Part shown: positions 1 to 11,430 of the stretch, piece by piece | Layout: each line of letters starts with the position of its first letter | Position numbering within the stretch: position 1 is the first letter of the stretch | Assembly (NCBI RefSeq): GCF_004010195.1 | Contig: NC_057718.1 | Coordinates: forward strand, 102,547,687-102,567,686 | Direction of reading: 5' to 3' | Length of the DNA: 20,000 nucleotides | Source of the DNA: Chiloscyllium plagiosum | Taxonomy: Eukaryota | Position numbers and translations under genes: made by a program | The notes under the pieces: model-generated | Databases searched by the model: none | Seen by the model: the letters and a program-made list of their open reading frames with translations, nothing else | Told to the model about the DNA's origin: nothing

Positions 1-363
1 AAACAACACGAACAGCTATCCTTAGTAGCCAAACACGCAGACAACAAGCAACATGAATTCGACTGGGACAACACTACTATCATAGGGCAAGCCAGACAGA
101 AAACAGCCAGGGAATTCCTAGAGGCATGGCATTCATCCACAAACTCCATCAACAAACACATCGACCTGGACCCAATATACCAACCACTAAAGCGGACAGC
201 TGAAACTGACAACCGGAAATGGCAGGGACAGACCACTATAAACACCGGAGAAAACATCAAAGAAGTGCTTCGCAGGAGGCCCCCAAGCACTGATGATGTC
301 GCCTAGCCAGGGGACGAAACGTTTGCAACAAAAACTTCCAGCTCGGCGAACAGAACCACAACA
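1..363 (+). mobile_element. 3' end of a Penelope-like element (GIY-YIG endonuclease C-terminus plus pseudo-LTR); runs off the left edge
   Basis: Frame 1 is open from 1 to 306: KQHEQLSLVAKHADNKQHEFDWDNTTIIGQARQKTAREFLEAWHSSTNSINKHIDLDPIY...STDDVA*. It is homologous to the GIY-YIG tail at 5700-5890 and contains a hammerhead motif. Confidence 0.9.
287..326 (+). ncRNA. Minimal type I hammerhead ribozyme motif
   Basis: gca-CTGATGA-t-gtcgcc/tagcca/ggggac (one G.G mismatch)-GAAA-cg-TT-tgc. Stem I is gca/tgc; palindromic AACGTT replaces stem III; the cleavage triplet is GUU. Confidence 0.8.
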
Positions 364-366
364 GCC

Positions 367-486
367 TTTTACTATTCACCCTCTCCAAGCTTCTCATGAT
401 TTCATAAACTTCTACAAGATCGCCTTGTAGTCACTTCAGGGAAACAAACCCGAGCCTATCCAACCTCTTCCCTATACCTCAAACCC
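367..486 (-). mobile_element. Old CR1-clade LINE fragment
   Basis: The reverse complement resembles the CR1 segment 'YRERLDRLGLFSL..GDLIEVYKIM', also seen at 10910-11010 and 18590-18690. Confidence 0.7.
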
Positions 487-604
487 ACAGGATCATCTTC
501 AACCATTTGAAAGGCTCCGTGAGATCTTTTGTTTAGCACCCCATCAAATAAAGTTGATAGTCTGGTAGTGCAATATTCCCTCAGCAATATATTGAAGGGG
601 TCAG

Positions 605-795
605 TTAGCTCAGTTGGTTGGGCACCTGGTTTGCAATGCTGTGTTCCTATCCCATACTGGCTTAGGTCAAAGTGGAGGTCCTGCCTTTTCTATGTCACCC
701 CTAACCTGGGGCCTGGTGATACTTAGGATAAATCACCAATTTTGTGTGTCTAATGAAAAAGCTTACTTGGGCTATGGTGACTTTTACCTATACTG
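605..795 (+). mobile_element. Degenerate tRNA-derived SINE, apparently nested in a minus-strand DeuSINE remnant (about 555-604 and 796-870)
   Basis: A-box-like TAGCTCAGTTGG head and 3' end 'ctatggtgacttttacctatact'. The left flank 'gtagtgcaatattccctcagca' is the reverse-complement homologue of 12105-12125. Confidence 0.5.
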
Positions 796-1619
796 ATGTG
801 TCACGTTTGGTGTGTGCTCAAGTTGTGAGGCTTGAATCTGAAGCCTGCTGATTTGTGTAACGCTAATATTGGAACTCGGTATGAAGAATTATTTACTTTA
901 TTAAAAAATTGGAAACAAGATGCTACAGTTTTAATTTGCAGTTATCCTAAATCTTCCTAGTATCTCTGACTAGGCTTGGCCCACTATCTAGCAATTCATG
1001 TACGTTTTAAGTGATTGACATTGGGCAGCAGTGCCTACATTTTTTTTTGAGTAGATAGTCAGGTTTTGGGGAAATGCAGCTTTCTGAGAAAGTTGAAATT
1101 GTCATGTCTTTTCCTTCCATTCGTTACAATATTTCCTGTATTTTCCTTTAAATAAATGTATTTATTACTTGTTGGGTGGTGGTGTTTACAAAGCTATATT
1201 AGGTAACATTCAGGAATTATCTTGGAGGCAATTTTGGTGGTATAAGTAGTAAAGTAAAACTAGAATTGGAGCTTATGATGCATGTTTTGAAGTACTCATC
1301 GTTGATTTAGTGATTGATTCATTTCCAGAAAAGAGTTGAATTTCCTTTTGTTTAACTTTGTTCTTTCCTGGGTTCTAACTAGTGAATTGTCTCCAGCATT
1401 TTCAGTCCTCTTTTTAGTCCTTTTTGGTTTTGGCTTCTTTGAATAGAATCCAGCTGTTTCAAAATGTTACTTGCTCTAAAGGATAGATAGATAAGAATTT
1501 CTGCTGAATCTTTATTTGTGTTTGCAAAGAAATCAATTGAGATGTAGAGGTTTTAAAATGTAGAATTTCATTAAAATAAATTGAACTCTAGGTTTACTTT
1601 TCAGTACAAGTAGAAGTCT

Positions 1620-1901
1620 CTTAGATAAGTATGGAAACAGGCCCTTTGACCCAACAAGTCCGCACCAACCCTCCGAAGAGTAACCCACCCAGACCCATGC
1701 CCGCACCCTATATTTACCGCTGATTAATGCTCCTAACAGTATGGACAATTGAGCATGGCCAATTAACCTGACCTACACATTTGCATTGTGGGAGGAAATC
1801 CACACAGACATGGGGAGAATGTGCAAACTCCACACTCCTGAGGCAGAATTGAACCCAGGTTACTGGTGCTGTTCATCAGCAGTGCTAACCAGAGCCATAC
1901 C
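1620..1901 (-). mobile_element. HE1-type SINE (V-SINE), older copy
   Basis: The reverse complement aligns by eye with the 7012-7322 copy (tRNA head, 'gagtttgcac.ttctcccc.tgtctg', tail 'gggcctgtttcca'). Confidence 0.88.
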
Positions 1902-2344
1902 CTTTTGGTATACAGCCATTGTTTATATGATCCTTTTCTAGTTTTTTTTGTTCTGAGCAGGGACTGAGTACATAATTTATTTTTTAAAAACTTTAAACAC
2001 CATATTGAGAGATTGGCAACCATACAGAAATAGTCTCTCATGAGAGACTATCTACATGGAATAACAAAACACCTGTAGTCTGATTTACACTAGATCTGCA
2101 AAACTAGATTTTAAATAATTGAGATGCACGTTTTGTAAAACTATGGGAGGATAAAGAGTTTTCAACATAACTTCCAAATGATTTTTATTTTTAAACACAA
2201 ATTTGTAAGCCACCTGTCTGTCAAAACCAGATGTGTAAATGCATTCAAGTGGCAGTTTTGAATTATAGAATTTCAGTAAATACAGTCTTTCCAAATGAGA
2301 CCCCATACGTTTTTAACTTTTGAATAAAGGTGAAGATTATCTAC

Positions 2345-2490
2345 TGTATTTTGCAGCCAATGAGATGCTCTTTGAAGTGTGGTTGTTGTAAAATTGGGAA
2401 ACTCTATTGGCAAGTCTTCACTGTCAACAAATATGTTTATAATAGCCTAATCTGTTGGTTTACAATACTGATGTTTTTCTGAGGGTGGCA
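2345..2490 (-). mobile_element. DeuSINE (SacSINE1/AmnSINE-like) 3' remnant
   Basis: 'cagccaatgagatgctctttgaagtgtggttgttgtaaaattgggaaac' resembles the recalled reverse-complement Deu domain 3' region. Confidence 0.45.
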
Positions 2491-4178
2491 TTGAGCAGGC
2501 ATCAAATGAACTTCTACAGTTGCTGATGTGCTGAGACATAGTTCTGCAGCTGCCAACTGTCCAGTAGATGCTCTTGCTAAAATTTTCGTTTCAGATTCAT
2601 GCTGGTTGTTGAATGGTGGGGTTGCTTTTGGAATATCAATGAAACTTTGCATTTATAGAAAGCACAAAGAGCACGTTCAGTTGGCGGTGATCGAAGCACT
2701 ATGATTAATGCAGGCAATGTTCAAAAAGTGTACAGATTTTCTGTCCTTGTTTCCCAGGACTGGGTCCTTTATATTTTTGCCCAGGTGAGATCTGATGGCT
2801 CAGCACAAACCAAAATTTAACACTAGGACCTTTCTTTGTCATCGGTGTTGAATTAAGCCATACAATCAGTCAATTGAATTAAAATATTTTAGTTCCTATC
2901 TTGAAGAATTTGGTTCTTTTTTAATCACTTGCAAATACTTTTCAGGTAGTGGTTAGTACTTGGTGGATGGGTTGAATGGAATCTAATGATTTGGGTATGA
3001 GATGCTCTGGCAGTACACCTTTTTATTCTGAGTTGAGTAAGATAGTTAAGAAATTTGAGATTCTTGTTGGTAACAGCAGAGCCCTTATTTTCTTTTTTGA
3101 GTGCATGTTGAGAATTTTATCTGTAGTTGGATGTAAGTTGGGAACCCAGATTGTTCAATTCTCTTCACAATTTTTTTAAGAAAGATTAGTTAAGTTTAAA
3201 CATTGATATTCATGTGCAGGGCCTGCTGTCTTGGGGGCTGGAAACATAAGCAACTGAAGGTATTTTATTCTTTGGATAACAGTGTCAAAACATCTAAAAC
3301 TGATGTTAAGCAGACCATTAAGGTTTTCCCCTTGAAATCTGAAAACCTTTTTGGCACTCAGTCAGTAGCTTGACATATAATTAAGTTTAGTGACTAAATT
3401 TGTGAATAAATCTGCATTACTTTGCTTTTCATTCAAACTTTTGCAGATATGTGGGCATCCTTCACTGTTTTGTAACTGAACCTTTCTTTTGCAGTGATAG
3501 CGTTAAACATGTTTAACATAGTATTTTTCATCAATTTTTAGAGTTTTATCTGCAGTCAGTGTCTTTCCCTCTACTTCTCTCTACACTCTTGCACTGTCCC
3601 TTCCATTCTGCCACATAATTGGCACTTAATGAAGAGTATACGTCAGTTATTGCATACGAGGTTAGTAGTTATTTTGCAATGGAACAATTGTGCTTTTCTT
3701 GCTGACCACGTTCGTTTTGTCAAAACCCTCTTTTCTTTCCCCCACAAAATAAAGAAATGATCTTCACAACATATCCATATATCTGCAGCAAAATAGTAAC
3801 TTTACATGCAGCCTTCATTCAGAAGGACAAAAATCTTATCACTTGTACCATTGGTTGTTTTATAAAGTTCAGGGAGGCAAAATTTAAACTTTCGTTCCTG
3901 TGTCAATGCACATCCACTGGAATTCAGTAAATGGCAATTTTATCGTTGCTGTTTGTTGTTGGCATCACTTCAGCTAGATGTAATGTTAATATATTTATAC
4001 TGTTGACAAGAAATTTCTGCTACCATCATAAAATAATGAGATGATTATCTTTCCAGGGCTCATACTGTTAACATCTAACAATTCATATAGCTAGTTCAAA
4101 TTCAAGTTGTTTGCTCCTAACCCTTGCCAAAACAAAGCCCTCATTAATTCACAACTTGAAAGAAAGGATATGGTGTCA

Positions 4179-5443
4179 GCTAGTTTTGAGAAGATGTGTA
4201 GTTCAGGTTGAGGTTCTGGATGTAGGTTTGCTAGCTAAGCTGGAAGGTTCATGTTCAGACGTTTTGTCACCATACTAGGTAACATCTTCAGTGAGCCTCC
4301 GGGCAAACCATTGCTGACGATTCCTGCTTTCTATTTATATGCTTGGGTTTCTTTGGGTTGGTGATGTCATTTCCTGTTCTTTTTCTCGGTGGTGAATCAG
4401 GTCCAAGTCATTGTTTGTTTGTTGACAAAGTTCTTTTTGGAATGCCATGGTTCTAGGAATTCTCGTGCGTGTCTCTGTTTGGCTTGTCCTAAGGTGGATG
4501 TATTGTCCCAGTCGAAGTGGTGTCTTTCCTCATCTGTACATAATGATATTAGTGAGAGAGGGTCATGTCATTTTGTGGCTAGGTGATGTTCATGTATCCT
4601 GGTGGCTAGTTTTCTGCCTGTTTGTCCAATGTAGTGTTTGTTACAGTCCTTGGATGATATTTTGTAAATGACATTAGTTTTGCTTGTTGTTCGTATAGGG
4701 TCTTTCAAGTTCATTAGTTGCTGTTTTATTGTGTTGGTGGGTTTGTGGGCTACCATGATGCCAAGGGGTCTGAGTAGTCTGGCAGTCATTTCCAAGATGT
4801 CGTTGATGCAGGGGGCAGAGTGGCTAGGATTTCTGGACATGTTTTGTCTGCTGGTTTGGGTTTGCTGCTGAGAAATCTGTGGATTGTGTTCATTTGGTAC
4901 CTGTTCTTTTTGAATACTTGGAAAAAAAGGTGATTTTCCTCTGCTCTGCATAGTTTCTGTGAGCTGGCTCTTTGGAATAATGTTCTGATGCTGCTTCATT
5001 TGTGGATGTTGGGATGATTGCTTCTGTAGTTCAATATTTGGCCCCTATGTATTTTCCTGTAGATGCTGGTTTGAAGTTGGCTGTTTGCTCTCTGTGACAT
5101 CGAGAAATGGCAGTTTGTTGTTTATTTTCCTCCTCTTTAGTCAATTTTATGCTACTAATGGTGCTATTGATGGTTTTGAAGCTATCTTCTAATTTGTTCT
5201 GTTTAGTGATGACAAAGGTGTCATCCATGTAGCGGATCCAAAGTTTGGATTGGCTGGTTGGCAGAGCTGGTTTGAGTCTCTGCTAAGTACTCTGATATTG
5301 GAGATCCCATGGGTGTTCCGTTGGCTTGTCTGTAGGTTTTGTTGTTGAAGGTGAAGTGGGTGGTAAGGTATAGGTCCATTAGCTTGACAATACTGTCCTT
5401 GCTGATGAAGTTGGTGGTGTTTGTATCTTTTGGGTCTTCTCAT
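4179..5443 (-). mobile_element. 5'-truncated, decayed Penelope-like element (RT C-terminal part, GIY-YIG, pseudo-LTR); left arm of the inverted insertion
   Basis: The minus strand gives RT motifs NGTPMGSPIS (about 5295-5325) and KLWIRYMDDTFVI (about 5205-5245), and the GIY-YIG motif NVIYKI..KDCNKHYIGQTGRKLATRIHEH. It carries frameshifts and CGA>TGA stops. Confidence 0.93.
4255..4294 (-). ncRNA. Hammerhead motif, probably inactivated
   Basis: Minus strand: tca-CTGAAGA-t-gttacc/tagtat/ggtgac-AAAA-cg-TC-tga. GAAA is mutated to AAAA (catalytic G12 lost by CpG-type decay). Confidence 0.75.
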
Positions 5444-5460
5444 AGTGTAGTTACTACACT

Positions 5461-6094
5461 CCTCTCCTCTCCTACATCAAAGACATCTCGGAAATGACTG
5501 CCAGACTACTCAGACCCCTTGGCATCATGGTAGCCCACAAACCCACCAACACACTAAAACAGCAGCTAATGAACTTGAAAGACCCTATGCAGACAACAAG
5601 CAAAACTAATGTCATTTACAAAATACCGTGCAAGGACTGTAGCAAACACTACATTGGACAAACAGGCAGAAAACTAGCCACCAGGGTACATGAACATCAC
5701 CTAGCCACAAAACGACATGACCCCCTCTCACTAATATCCTTACATACAGATGAGGAAGGACACCACTTCGACTGGGAGAACACATCCACCTTAGGACAAG
5801 CCAAACAGAGACACGCATGAGAATTCCTGGAAGCGTGGCATTCCAACCGGAACTCTATCAACAAACACACTGACTTGGACCTGATTTACCACTCCTTGAG
5901 AAATGAACAGAAAATGACATCACCATAGGAAATGCAATCACCAACTCAAAGAAATGCAAGCTTCTAAATAAAAAGTAGGAATCATCAGCAATGGTTCCTC
6001 TGAGCTGATGGAGGCTCACTGAAGATGTTACCTAGTATGGTGATGAAACGTCTGAACATGAACCTTCCAGCTCAGTGAGCAAACCTACATCCAG
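5461..6094 (+). mobile_element. Penelope-like 3' segment (GIY-YIG plus pseudo-LTR); right arm of the inverted insertion
   Basis: ORF 5494-5820 reads NVIYKIPCKDCSKHYIGQTGRKLATRVHEHH...HHFDWEN and continues EFLEAWHS after a premature TGA. It is an inverted copy of about 4215-4825. Confidence 0.93.
6016..6055 (+). ncRNA. Minimal type I hammerhead ribozyme motif with intact core
   Basis: tca-CTGAAGA(6019-6025)-t-GTTACC/tagtat/GGTGAT-GAAA(6045-6048)-cg-TC-tga. GUC triplet, ACGT palindrome, 3-bp stem I. Confidence 0.83.
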
Positions 6095-7011
6095 GATATG
6101 GTGTCATTTAGACCTCATCTAAAAGGACTAAATGACACCGTATGGCATGGAAAGGGTCTCTTTGCGGATCCACTTTTAATACGTTATAGGGAAAATATAG
6201 AGAATGCAGACTTTTTAAATGGGTAGCTCAGAATGGTGGTAACAAATGATTAATAGGCTGATGAAGATGGAACCACTGGTCTGAGGCAACTATATTAAAA
6301 AAAAATTCCTAAATGGTTAGTTATACAAAATCTTCAAATAAAGATACATACTAAGATTTTTGCATTGATTTAGTGATGCACACCTGTGGGTATGGCCTAT
6401 CTGATCCTGCTGTAACTGCATTTTAAGGAATACAGTTTACTTTGGTAAAATACTTTTCTGCAGATGCCATAGTTTTGTTAGATTTTTGAACTTTGTTTGA
6501 CTGCTGTCCTGTAGAAGTGTTTTTATTGTATTCAAAAGAAAGTCATGTGTTGTCACTTTGCTTGGATAAAGTTAAAATATCTATACTTGTATTAATTTTG
6601 TTTGCTGGCAAATCATCTTCACACATGGTTTTGATTTTCTTTTTATTTGCAAATAAAGGTTTGGGTATCTTTCCATTAGGTAGTTTTAAATCTTGAGTGA
6701 ATTTGGGTTTCTGGCCGAACCAGCTAGTGTTGTGTGTACTGTGCTTTATGGTTTCAGCATAGATCGAAAGGTTTGTACCTGCAGAATGAGATTGTTTGCC
6801 TAATGTCCAATCAAGAGTTTATGTACATTGGATTATTCTTTGACTTGTGAATATGATCCAAATTAAAACCCTTCATCTTATATGGTAATTGAGTCTTCCA
6901 ATACAAAACTGCCTATTGAAGGAGTTTGCTTGAGAATGAAATCAAAATTTAGATTGTTTGTTTTTTTTTTATCTTGCCGTTTGTTTCCTTTCACTGGTTA
7001 CACTTTTTTGT

Positions 7012-7322
7012 GGGCGGCACGGTGGCACAGTGGTTAGCACTGCTGCCTCGCAGCGCCAGAGACCCGGGTTCAATTCCCGCCTCAGGCGACTGACTGTGTG
7101 GAGTTTGCACGTTCTCCCCGTGTCTGCGTGGGTTTCCTCCGGGTGCTCCGGTTTCCTCCCACAGTCCAAAGATGTGCAAGTCAGGTGAATTGGCCATGCT
7201 AAATTGCCCGTAGTGTTAGGTAAAGGGGTAAATGTAGGGGTATGGGTGGGTTACGCTTCGGCGGGTCGGTGTGGACTTGTTGGGCCGAAGGGCCTGTTTC
7301 CACACTGTAAGTAATCTAATCT
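7012..7322 (+). mobile_element. Full-length, young HE1-type SINE (V-SINE)
   Basis: A box TGGCACAGTGG, B box GGTTCAATTCC, V-domain 'ggtttcctccgggtgctccggtttcctcccac', CR1-like tail ending in (taatc)n, many intact CpGs. Confidence 0.93.
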
Positions 7323-7834
7323 TTTGAACAGCACCTGACCAGTTTGATGTTAAAGCTGATGTACAAAAGGCAGATTTCTCAAAGTGCTTGGGTACAAGAC
7401 AGAGTTCTATGTTTTTTTTTGCAAATGTACAGTTGGGTGGAACAATGTATGGACCTAAGATAAGGTGGTGTAGTAAAATGGAGTAGTCAATCATCAAATG
7501 CCGTGGAGAGGTTAAGGGTTCCCACTTCAAGGCTATTGCTGCTTAAGCAGATCGTTGGAATTGAGGTTAACTTGCTTAATGAATTTAGCTTGCTTTAGCT
7601 TAATGAATTCCTTAGCTGGCTGATAAGTTCATTCTGTGATATACAAACTCCATAACGTGGAGCAGGTGGTGCTTGAATGATTGGGCACATAGTGTTTGGA
7701 GATTTATGAACTTGCTCTGAAGTTTTGTCTTCACTTCTACAGTTCCAACAAAATGACTATATTCATTACCTTCCTGAATAAACCTTCCATGTTTTTGGTT
7801 ATGAGCTAGGAACTCTGGTCAATTATCAAAGTTA

Positions 7835-8010
7835 AATACTATTGGTGGTGGAAATCTGAAAGTGTGCTGGAGAAACTCAGCAGATCTGACAGCATCTTTG
7901 GAGAGAGGGAATGAATATTGAATCCAGTATGACACTTTGGAGCTTAAGCTCTTTTCTATCTCTCTCTCTACAGCTGCTGCCAAATCTGAGTTTATCTAGA
8001 GCATTCTACT
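7835..8010. repeat. Degenerate fold-back repeat, probably from an older pseudo-LTR-type mini-element
   Basis: 'tgctggagaaactcagcagatctgacagcatctttggagagag' is imperfectly inverted in 'ctctctctacagctgctgccaaatctgagtttatctagagca'. It resembles the body of 14961-15163, but no ribozyme core is recognisable. Confidence 0.55.
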
Positions 8011-8250
8011 TCTTCAAGTTCCCATGAATTGCAGGGATAATTGATTCAGAATGCTTTCATTATGTTGTCTTTCTGCTGGCTTGCTGGAGTCCCCATCTGT
8101 ACCTGAGTTCTGAGTAGAACAGTTAGCTGTCTGGTGTCCAGCATACGAATTACTTGTTCCAACTGTATTTTCATAATTAGTGCTGAGAATGTGTATAGGT
8201 ATAAGCAGGCAGGGAAAGAGTTAAGTTCTGAGTTTTCTGAAATAAGAGGT

Positions 8251-8528
8251 TCAGCGAGTTTTGTGAAGATTTGTAGTTTAGGTTGAGGTTATGGATGTCG
8301 GCTTGCTGAGCTGGAAGGTTCATGTTCAGATGTTTTATCACTGTACTAAATAACATCTTTAGTGAGCCTCCAGACAAAGCACTGCCGATGATTCCTGCTT
8401 TCTATTTATGTTTGGGTTGGTGATGTCATTTCCTGTTCTTTTTTCAGGGGGTAGTAGAACAGGTCCAAGTCAGTGTATTTGTTGATAGAGTCCAGTTGGA
8501 ATGCCTTGCCTTTAGGAATTCTCGTGTA
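8251..8528 (-). mobile_element. Penelope-like 3' end / pseudo-LTR, same family as 4179-6094, with a degenerate hammerhead at about 8325-8365
   Basis: Colinear with 4176-4468. The core reads CTAAAGA...AAAACATC, with several core mutations. Confidence 0.88.
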
Positions 8529-9010
8529 TGTTGGGACATGACTCAGATCAGATAAGAAATTACAGTTAACAATGGGATGCTGGAGGCAAAGGTAATGGGC
8601 TAACCAGGTGGAAAAGCAGTCATTATGTAGAGCCATTTAACAATATTGGAAGTAATCAGTATGTAAAGTCAGCTAACAAGGTGAAAAGTATTCATTGTAT
8701 GAATCCAGTCAACAAGAACATTGTATAAACAGTAAAGTGCTTGGTCTCTGCTGTTGATACTCATTGATTGTAACGGTCACCTCGTTAATATGTATGTTGC
8801 CATGTCTGGATGCTCCTCCCTGTAATATGACTCTATAATTAATTGAGAACCTATTGTTTGAGAGAAGACTGAACTCCTGTCCCTGTGCACATGGGCGATC
8901 ATTCTCTCTCGCGCTCTCTGTCCCTCCCAGGGGTCGGAATAAAGATGGAGGTAAAATACACTGTCTGTCTGAGCATTTTGCTTCGTGCGGGGGGAGGATA
9001 CGGGATGACA
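8529..9010 (+). mobile_element. Probable solo LTR, copy A
   Basis: Starts TGT and ends ACA; TATA-like 'ctctataatt' near 8833; AATAAA near 8938; colinear with 13488-13912. No clean TSD. Confidence 0.6.
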
Positions 9011-9229
9011 GTACCTCAGTGCTGAGCATGAAAGCTTGACGAGGATGTTGCCTGTTGGACTTGCTTCTGCACTTAGAGGATTTTGTGAAGACGGAACTGA
9101 TGGTGGTACTTCAGTGCTTTGCTCCTGTGGGTTATGAGAGCCTCAAAAGCATTTAGGAAGCACCGTGATCTCTGGTGCCCAGTAAACCAAGAAATTGGTC
9201 TCTGGTTTGAGAGCATATTTTTAATAACA

Positions 9230-9420
9230 GACATGGTGGTTTTGGGGAATGTGAAAACCAGATTCAGTAGATTCAAAGGAGAACTTGTCGGAGGATGGTG
9301 TGCACATCAGAAATGATGATGCATTGATGGATTGACAACTTAAAGTGGTAGCTGGAGTTGAGCTGAGGGTTTTGAGGTGTTTTTTTTAGGGAAAAGGAAA
9401 TGATGCCAGATTGTGTTGGT
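9230..9420 (-). mobile_element. Possible very old L2 LINE RT fragment
   Basis: The reverse complement weakly resembles the L2 'KSAVITPLLKK.TLDP' region. Confidence 0.3.
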
Positions 9421-10840
9421 GTTTCCGATCATTTGAATGAGATGCATCTGTAGCGGATTCTGAGTTTTGACCATTGAGAATCATTTGGAGAATTTTGACA
9501 TAAAATTAGAGGTTAACGTTATTGGGGAGGAATGGGGCTAGGTGTTACCAGTCAGTGACAAAGCTAGCTACTTCCAGTAATATCTATATTAAGAACACTC
9601 CAACTTCCATGTGCTTTTTTGCTCGAGACATGAATGCTTCGGTAAGGTCCAGTGTGAGAAAACATGAACCTGGAATTTCATACCTTCCAGCATCATTTGT
9701 CTTAGACAGTAGAATTTGTGCTTTAGTCTGTTGTTGATTATCTGGCAGTAGGTTTAAAGAGCCAGAGTAGGAGACTTGAACTTAATACTGTCCTGTCAAA
9801 TACAATCCAATCAGTCGTGTTAATGTGGCAAGTGAGTGGCTGAGGAAAGATAATTGTGATTGATGCATGTCAAAAAGTGAAACTGAGCTCGAGATGGACA
9901 CTTTCACAGTGGCAAGTCCACATTATGTAGAACCATGACTGGGAGTGTTGATGTGGAAAGTGAAATTGAGGGCACAACAGTGATGTTTTGACCCCAATCC
10001 TTCGAACGACTCGCGGAAAAACAAGAATCCTGATTTGATTTGTTCTATTAAACTTTTCAACTAGACAGCTCTTGCAAACTGGAACAGTGCTGATTGGCAT
10101 CTTCATTTTAAGTTTTGTGGTATTGTAATATTTCTGATCAGTTAAACTGTTTTAAGTTGTAAAGTTAATTTCATATTTTTACGCAGCTGCTTGGATTGAT
10201 ATTACCTGTGCTTTCTCCAACTGCTGATCCTATGGTTTCTACTAGTATGTTTTTAATTAAAGTTGTGGATTAGTCATAGTTTACTTTATAATCCACTGAA
10301 TTAATTTAGCTTTATTTCATGTTTCTGGACTTTTGCGCTTGAAAGATATTTTGAAAAACATAATTAGTGTAGGACCACTTTGCTATAACTAAAAGGAAAT
10401 ACTTCAACCTTTTGCCTCGTACTTAGTTTAAATGGTCTGCATAATTTGGGATTTGCATAAAATGATATATCGTACGATTTTTATATTTGCTATTATAGTT
10501 TCAAGCTTTTATTTTCTGCATACTTGAAATTGGTACATAATTGTGATTTAAAATCACATCTGTGCACTTTTTGTGAACTCTGGTTTCCCTTTGCAATGAT
10601 TGAGAAAACGTGCTGAAATTTTGCAATGGTAATGACAATGAAATTATTGATCCTTGTTGATACCTATTGAAACTGACAATTTTAGGGTACTGCACAACCA
10701 GAAATTCAAATGTTGCTGATTCTGTGCGCTCAGATGTAGTTTTTAAGTATTTGAAGGTTTCTGAAGATGAACCAGAAGCATTCCATCTTCAATGTCTCAT
10801 CTAGTTGCTGCATCAGGGAAAAAAAAAGTCCTAGCAATGG

Positions 10841-11430
10841 TTCTTGTGAAGCTTGAAAGGGTTCAGAAAAGATTTACAATGATATTGCCAGGGTTGGAGG
10901 GTTTCAGCTATAGGGAGAGGCTGAATAGGCTGGGGCTGTTTTCCCTGGAGCATCGGAGGCTAAAGGGTGACCTTATAGAGACTTATGAAATCATGAAGGG
11001 CATGGATAGGGAAAACAGACAAGATGAAAGTGAGGACTGCAGAAGATGGGGATCAGAGTTGAAGAGTGTGGTGCTGGAAAAGCACAGCATCTGAGGACCA
11101 GGAGAATCGACGTTTCTGGTATAAGCCTTCGTCTGGAATAGACGAGGTCTCTTCCCTGGCTTGGGGAAGTCCATAACTAGAGACATAGGTTTGGGATGAG
11201 AGGGGAAGGATATAAAAGAGACCTAAGGGACAACTTATTCACTCAAAGGATGGTGCTTATATGGAATGAGCTGCCAGAGGAAGTATCTAGATGGGTTTAT
11301 AAGTGGGAAGGGTTTGGAGGGATATGGGCCCAGTGCTGACAAATGGGACTAGATTAATTTAGGATATTTGGTTGGCATGGATGAGTTAAGCCAAAGTGTC
11401 TGTTTTCGTGCTGCATATCTCTGACTGACT
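10841..11430 (+). mobile_element. CR1-clade LINE 3' fragment interrupted by a mini-element
   Basis: VKLERVQKRFT.ILPGLEGFSYRERLNRLGLFSLEHRRLKGDLIE; 3' tail 'ctgcatatctctgactgactct'; homologous to 18530-19020. Confidence 0.92.
11024..11136 (-). mobile_element. About 113-bp non-autonomous hammerhead-type mini-element with a degenerate core
   Basis: Minus strand: cCAGACGAaggcttataccaGAAAcgTCgattctcc. Flanked by an imperfect TSD, aacagacaag (11014-11023) / aatagacgag (11137-11146); the CR1 resumes after it. Confidence 0.82.

Noticed and set aside
4568..5820. GIY-YIG and RT ORFs as a functional gene pair or novel retron-like system
   Set aside because: They are truncated, frameshifted and carry CGA>TGA stops; these are decayed Penelope-like element pieces.
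7012..7085. tRNA gene
   Set aside because: The A and B boxes continue directly into the HE1 SINE body and tail, so this is a SINE head.
7571..7616. Short duplication of gcttaatgaatt
   Set aside because: An ordinary slippage-type micro-duplication in AT-rich DNA.
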